Positions 57,925 to 64,000 of a stretch of 64,000 nt of DNA are shown here, piece by piece (the first letter of the stretch is position 1; each line of letters starts with the position of its first letter). The DNA lies in contig NW_026889777.1 of NCBI RefSeq assembly GCF_033153115.1, positions 18,104,001 through 18,168,000 of the forward strand, in the 5' to 3' direction. The position numbers and the translations under genes were made by a program. This stretch comes from Saccostrea echinata (Eukaryota). A model generated the notes under the pieces. The model was not told where the DNA came from. It made no database searches and saw only the letters and a program-made list of their open reading frames with translations.

Positions 57925-60900
57925 GTTGTAGAACTAGTTTTTGCATTTTCTTTTTCCCGGATTGAGCAATTCTGCTCTGAATCCGTTTCTTATTTATAGG
58001 GTAAATTTCGGGAAAAATAGGTTTATGTTCGTTCCCGATTCTTCAATTACCGACCATAGAAGTGTTTCCGGTATTAAACTGGCACTGAACTTTTAAAGGT
58101 AAACAAATAAAAATAAATACTCTGATTATCGATCTTTAAAACTCTTTCAACTATGCATTTGCAACTTTGTTTCGTACAGGTACATACTTTTTTCTTTCTT
58201 TTCTTTTTGTTTTGTTTATACAGTCTTTTTTCTTTTTTGTTTACATTTGTGAGTGAATGTGTGTTTATGAGAGAATACAATAGTCATGTAGTTGAATATT
58301 TCGTTTGGAGGCTGCCTAAGTTTTACAGATCAGTTTTCGTTGATGAGTGATAATATAAAAATTGTAACGGTGAACTGCCAAGGTCTAGCGACTACTCAGA
58401 AACGACAGGATGTCCTTAACTATTATAGAAAAAAGTGTTACTCTATTTTATGTCTGCAAGATACACATTTTACCTATGAAACTGAACCATTTGTAGAAGC
58501 TCAGTGGGGTTATAAGTGCTATTTTAGTTCATATAAATCTAATTCACGAGGAGTAAGTATTCTTTTTAACAACAATTTTGAATTTAAAATCCACAGAGAT
58601 AAGAGAGATAAGGAAGGAAATTTAATTGCTCTTGATATTACCATTGAAGACAATAGGTTAACCCTGGTAAATGTATATGGACCAAATACTGACTCTCCGG
58701 AATTTTATGAAAAGATTCGAGATATTTTTCTAGAATTTGACAACGAATATTTTGTACTATGCGGTGATTTAAATCTTGCTCTTAATCCAGAAATAGATAC
58801 ATATAATTATGCAAATGTTAATAATCCAATGGCTCGCGAAAAATTGATAGAAGTTATGGAAGATTTACAAATGATTGATTATTACAGGATTTTAAATCCA
58901 GAAAAGAAAGTGTTCACATGGAGGAAAAAAACCCCTGTCAAACAAGGCCGTTTAGATTATATTTTAATATCTGAAGGTCTATCTAATGTTGTTGAAGAAT
59001 TCACTGTTAAACCAGGGTACAGGTCTGATCATTCTATTGTTGTTTTAGAATTAAAATTCAATCCCTTCATTAAAGGTCGTGGTCTATGGAAGTTTAATAA
59101 TGGTTTACTGAATGACAAGGTATATGTTGAAAAAGTGAAGCAAACTATAGAAAGGGTTAGGGGTCAATATTTACAAAACATAAATGACATTGAAAGAAAT
59201 GCTATTCTTGTTGAAAGTATGGATGACCGTTTATTCCTTGAAATTCTTCTTATGGAAATACGGGGAATAACTATTTCTTATTCTTCATTTAAGAAAAATG
59301 AGAGAGAGAGGTTAGAAAAATCCCTATTAGGAGAAATAGAAAGATTGGAAACAAATAATGATAATAATAATAATACAGATATTTTGAAAGATAAAAAAGC
59401 TACCCTTGAAAATTTAAGAAAAGTTAAAATGCAAGGCCATTTAATCAGATCACGTGCTCGGTGGGTAGAAGAGGGTGAAAAACCAACAAAATATTTTTGC
59501 AATTTAGAATCAAGAAACTATATTAATAAAATTATTAAAAGGGTTGAGATAGATGAACAACATACTGTTTATGATCAATTTGAAATTTTAAACCAAGTTA
59601 AATCTTTTTATGAAGATCTGTATTCAAATAAAGAGTCAGAATGTATTGATATGGATTTAACTGATATTATTGATCCAGCTGAAGTTAAAAAACTTGACGA
59701 GATGACTTCTAATAGTCTTGAGAATGATATAGAAGAAAGTGAAGTTTTAGATGTACTTAAGAATATGAAAAATAATAAGTCACCAGGAAGTGATTGTTTT
59801 ACTGCTGAGTTTTTCAAATTCTTTTGGATAGATTTGAAATGTTATATTTTAAATGCAATTAATTGTATTTTTTCAAAGAAAGAACTTCCAATTTCTCAAA
59901 GACTTGGGATTATCTCCTGTATACCCAAAGGTGATAAACCAAGACAGTTTTTAAAAAATTGGCGTCCAATTACTTTATTAAATGTCTTGTATAAACTTAT
60001 ATCTGGATGTTTAAGTTGTAGAATAAAGTCTACTCTAGAATTTCTTATTTCTGATACACAAACAGGTTTCATTAAAGGTAGATATATAGGGGAAAATACC
60101 AGATTTATTTATGACTTAATGTCTTACACAGAGTTAAATAATATTCCTGGTCTGTTGATGCTAATTGATTTTAAGAAAGCATTTGACTCAATTTCATGGC
60201 CCTTTCTGTATAAAGTTTTAAAGTATTTTGGTTTTGGAAAGAACATTATCGACTGGATTAAGATCCTAAATACAAATTTTAAAGTTTCAGTTTTACAATG
60301 TGGATTTTTATCAGAACAATTTTCTATTCAAAGAGGTTGTAGGCAAGGAGATCCTGTTGCTCCCTATTTGTTTCTCCTTTGTGCTGAAATTTTGGCTATT
60401 CTCATAAAACAAAACAGAGATATAAAAGGTATAATAGTAAATGAAAAAGAACACAAAATCTCTCAATATGCAGATGATACCTCGCGTGCCCTTGATGGTT
60501 CACCAAAATCTTTGTTTGCTGCTCTTGATACATTGGATTTATTTTCACAAATATCCGGTTTAAAGATAAACAGTTCAAAGACAAAAATTATTTGGATTGG
60601 CTCAAAAAAATTTTCAAGTCAAGTTTATCATCATTCAAGATGGAAACTAGATTGGGGATCCACAACTTTTAATTTGCTTGGTATAACTTTTTCTGTAGAG
60701 CTAGAAAATATTATTGACATAAATTATAAACTTATTTTACCAAAAATTAAATCAATGATACAACAATGGAAAAGACGAATACTTACACCTATTGGTCGCG
60801 TCACCGTTGTAAAAACGCTCATTTTACCAAAACTTACTCATTTATTTATTTCCCTTCCTACCCCTAGCTATGATAAAATATCTTTATTGTGTAAAGACCT

Positions 60901-62363
60901 TTTTGAATTCATATGGAAATCAAAAATTGATAGAGTTAAAAGAGATATAGTCACTCAAGATTATTTATCTGGAGGATTAAAGATGTTAAATGTTGATTAC
61001 TTCATAAAATCATTGAAATGTACATGGGTCAAAAGATTGGTAACAGAAAGTAATAAGCCATGGCTAGACATATTTTTTGGAATTAATGGTAATGATGCTG
61101 TAAACAAATTTATGGATTTTGGTGATGCTTTTATTTTAAATAGTCTAATACCTCAAAACAATATTTTCTGGTTTGATGTTTTTACTTCATGGTTACATGT
61201 TCTGAAGAATGTAGATCAGGATGTTCATATTGAATACAAGGCTTGTAATATTCCTATATGGTATAATTCAAATATTAAGGTAGATAATAAGAGTATTTTT
61301 ATAGAAAATTGGTATAAAAGTGGAGTTAAAAATATTGGAGATTTTTTGTCAGAAGATTGTAAATTTTTATCAAAATCTGCCTTCCAAGAAAAATTCAGTA
61401 TTTCCAATGTAAGCTTAATGCAGTATAATAGCACAGTTTCTGCCATTTCTAAATTTTTAAAGAATATGTCAATAGATAGACTGAGTTTGAAAAAACATTT
61501 TCAACCTAATTTACCTTTTTATTTTGAAAATATTTTTCACTATGAAAAATGTACAAAGAAAATTTACAATTATATAAACAAAAATGATATAATTCCTACA
61601 GCAATTCCAAAGTGGAATCAAGACTTATCTCCCTATGGAGTGGCAGATATTTGTATTAAAGATGTTTTTAAGGTTTGTTTTAAGACTACCTCCGATTCTT
61701 CTGTACAGTGGCTACAATATAGAATTCTACATAGGATCCTCCCTGTAGATTCTTATCTTAAGAAAATTAATATAAAATCTACTGACATTTGTAAGTTCTG
61801 TGCTCAGGAAACTGAAACTTTACTGCATGTATTTGTCAGTTGTGATCATATTGTATCTTTATGGAGGAACTTGAGTTTACATATATACAGAACAATTTCA
61901 AAAAGAGTTGGATTCAATGTCAAAAATATTATCCTAGGTGAATTACCACTTACTAAGGACAACAGAATTGAAAACTTTATGATACTATATACAAAACAAT
62001 ATATTTTTTCATGTTTACTACAACCAAAAATACCTTCATTTACTGGTTTACTGAATTATTTGAAAATGAAACACAATATTGAAAGATGTATGTCTATTAG
62101 TAACTCAAAACTGTTTTATTTTGAAGAACAATGGATTTTGTGGAAAAATATTTTTGAACAAATGTAAGATAATTTGACAAGTTTTTGATATTTAGTTTAT
62201 GATAGAAACAATTGTTGATAAGCTGATTACTATGAAGCAACCTCCATATTAATTTAAAAAGGCAAATAGATGTATGAATGGGTGTGTGAGTGCTAAATAT
62301 CCATTGTAATTTTGCTGCTAATTTAACTTGATTTTGTATGTTATACAATGGATAATAATAATA

Positions 62364-62399
<36 letters not shown>
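57925..62399 (+). mobile_element. L1/Tx1-clade LINE lacking ORF1, with poly(A) tail and 12-bp TSD AAGTTATAAATT
   Basis: TSD at 57913-57924 and 62400-62411; poly(A) at about 62365-62400; TT/AA-type target. Confidence 0.9.
58343..62167 (+). CDS. L1/Tx1 ORF2: APE endonuclease, reverse transcriptase, zinc finger
   Basis: TVNCQGL, LQDTH, GDLN, RLDY, SDH; NWRPITLLN, DFKKAFDS, RQGDP, QYADD; CKFC..ETLLHVFVSC. Uninterrupted. Confidence 0.96.
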   Translation: MSDNIKIVTVNCQGLATTQKRQDVLNYYRKKCYSILCLQDTHFTYETEPFVEAQWGYKCYFSSYKSNSRGVSILFNNNFEFKIHRDKRDKEGNLIALDITIEDNRLTLVNVYGPNTDSPEFYEKIRDIFLEFDNEYFVLCGDLNLALNPEIDTYNYANVNNPMAREKLIEVMEDLQMIDYYRILNPEKKVFTWRKKTPVKQGRLDYILISEGLSNVVEEFTVKPGYRSDHSIVVLELKFNPFIKGRGLWKFNNGLLNDKVYVEKVKQTIERVRGQYLQNINDIERNAILVESMDDRLFLEILLMEIRGITISYSSFKKNERERLEKSLLGEIERLETNNDNNNNTDILKDKKATLENLRKVKMQGHLIRSRARWVEEGEKPTKYFCNLESRNYINKIIKRVEIDEQHTVYDQFEILNQVKSFYEDLYSNKESECIDMDLTDIIDPAEVKKLDEMTSNSLENDIEESEVLDVLKNMKNNKSPGSDCFTAEFFKFFWIDLKCYILNAINCIFSKKELPISQRLGIISCIPKGDKPRQFLKNWRPITLLNVLYKLISGCLSCRIKSTLEFLISDTQTGFIKGRYIGENTRFIYDLMSYTELNNIPGLLMLIDFKKAFDSISWPFLYKVLKYFGFGKNIIDWIKILNTNFKVSVLQCGFLSEQFSIQRGCRQGDPVAPYLFLLCAEILAILIKQNRDIKGIIVNEKEHKISQYADDTSRALDGSPKSLFAALDTLDLFSQISGLKINSSKTKIIWIGSKKFSSQVYHHSRWKLDWGSTTFNLLGITFSVELENIIDINYKLILPKIKSMIQQWKRRILTPIGRVTVVKTLILPKLTHLFISLPTPSYDKISLLCKDLFEFIWKSKIDRVKRDIVTQDYLSGGLKMLNVDYFIKSLKCTWVKRLVTESNKPWLDIFFGINGNDAVNKFMDFGDAFILNSLIPQNNIFWFDVFTSWLHVLKNVDQDVHIEYKACNIPIWYNSNIKVDNKSIFIENWYKSGVKNIGDFLSEDCKFLSKSAFQEKFSISNVSLMQYNSTVSAISKFLKNMSIDRLSLKKHFQPNLPFYFENIFHYEKCTKKIYNYINKNDIIPTAIPKWNQDLSPYGVADICIKDVFKVCFKTTSDSSVQWLQYRILHRILPVDSYLKKINIKSTDICKFCAQETETLLHVFVSCDHIVSLWRNLSLHIYRTISKRVGFNVKNIILGELPLTKDNRIENFMILYTKQYIFSCLLQPKIPSFTGLLNYLKMKHNIERCMSISNSKLFYFEEQWILWKNIFEQM

Positions 62400-62404
<5 letters not shown>

Positions 62405-64000
62405 ATAAATTATTTCTATATACCTTGTACTTTCTTAAAAGTGCTGCTGCTTTTAATAGAATTCGCATTTTATCAGGATAAATTTCATGTTATGTAGCTC
62501 CAGTTGAAATATGTTTGACCTTTAAAAAGTATTTTATGCATTTATTAAATAATGCTCTCGATTTCGGGAAAGCAGCAGCACTTTTCAAGTTAAGGAAAAT
62601 ATCCTTTATTTATATTCAAAAATGGTTAAGATCTATTAAGTGTATGCCCTTGCGAGAAGGCGATTTAATTAGGCACGTACCTCGATGTCAAACATGCTAA
62701 CCCTGTACATAAAAACACGGAAGAATTCAATACATTTTCTGTATAATTATTGAATAATTGCACTAAAAGAAGGTCTTATATTGGTATCAATTGCCTGTCT
62801 AAAATCTGTAAATAATATTCTGTTTAGTAATTAAATGCATTTTTTAACTGTAAAAAATTTCCTCGGTCTGCCTCTCACAGTACTCCTACAAGTAAGAGTC
62901 CCGGTTAACGTCCCTACGCTCCTTATATACCCCTGACTCTTACATCCGAAGGCCATTTTCTAACGAGCTCGTTCCGCCTGAGATTTTGGGCGGAATATAT
63001 TATGCGTGAAATAAACTGTAAACAAGTAATTCTCAGGTACCTACGTGTTGAATAGGGTATAAAAGTCACAGGAAATCCTAAAATCCACTTTATTCAGTAT
63101 GCACCATTGTTCATTAATCAAAATCGTCATTAGCCTATTTCAATTTGTCACCAGAAATACTTTCGATTTGACTTCATGCTAATTTTGCGGATTGCAGAAA
63201 ACGAAAATTTCAATGATTTCAGTGCGGAAAACTAGTTTCGTTTCGTCAGATATTCTGCATTCCATTCCCGAATTTCAAACAGACGACTTGTTTTCATTTC
63301 TGCTTCGATTTTAAAAATAATGGATTTATCGCTAATAAGAGAGATTAACATTGTTTTATGTGTAAGTTTTATCGCAAATAGTGAATATTTTATCTTTTCG
63401 TGTCATTCGTTAATGTTTAAAGCCTGAATTTTTAATAAAACATTTTATTTCCACTTGGGATTTCAGCGGCGAGAATTTTTACAATGGATGCTAGAGGTTA
63501 CGCGGCGCCAAGTCAAAAGTATCTCGCCGTAAACCTCTAGCATGCTGGAGTACCTCTCACAGCACATGAAATACGTCATTTTTACCAAAATGACGTCATG
63601 TCGACTAGTTCATTGAGATCAGTGATTTATTTATAACTTGCTATGTGGGATTTAAATAGCAACAAAAGTTAATGGTAAGTTTTGATGTTGTTTATTACGC
63701 TAAGATTGTTTAAAATCGCAAATTATTTCATTTTCTGGTATTATGAGGAAAAGCTATTTTTGTGTGATGCCACAGTAAACTTTTCCCGTATAAATTAGGC
63801 CCCGCCCCCTTTATGCAGCCTTAACAATGCTGCGTAGCTACATGTTAAGCAAAACTGTGTTTTGGTAAAATAAATTTGAAAGTAGACTTTCTTGTATTAT
63901 TTCTGACATGTTATTTTATGTACAAAAGAATTGTACATAACACATCTATTTATAGATAATTCATTGACGGTGCAACATTTAAGGTCAGACGACACGTTCC

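Noticed and set aside
63978-64000. TTAAGGTCAGACGACACGTTCC, possible start of a TTAA-type transposon
   Set aside because: Truncated by the window edge; the other end cannot be seen.

Overview
AT-rich, repeat-dense animal genomic DNA, most likely from an oyster or other bivalve (judged from Cg170/HINE-like, SINE and Penelope-like repeats). The centre is a near-intact 21.4-kb Polinton/Maverick (adintovirus-like) element at 10945-32346, with AGTAGT-terminated TIRs and a 6-bp TSD (CACGTT). Its core genes are pPolB, packaging ATPase, integrase, penton (frameshifted), major capsid protein and adenain-like protease. It also carries a large counter-defence cargo: a BIR+RING IAP, a macrodomain, a GADD34/ICP34.5/DP71L-like PP1-eIF2alpha adaptor, two C4C4 RING-like proteins, a CCHC zinc-knuckle protein and a pair of orphan paralogues. 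Highlights: (i) one RING gene ends in two consensus histone-mRNA stem-loops plus an HDE-like purine box; (ii) several accessory promoters share a Rel/NF-kB-like + MEF2-like + TATA layout, and perfect CRE sites sit in the intergenic DNA; (iii) a basic virion precursor is punctuated by Q-x-G-x-G / Q-x-G-G protease-like sites. The Polinton is inserted at the end of a solo LTR, which lies inside a decayed LINE that is also split by an 8.6-kb foldback element. The flanks hold an LTR-retrotransposon 5' end, MITEs, SINEs, Penelope-like fragments, a minisatellite and a 5'-truncated L1/Tx1 LINE with an intact ORF2. All family assignments come from motif recognition by eye; no database searches were run.
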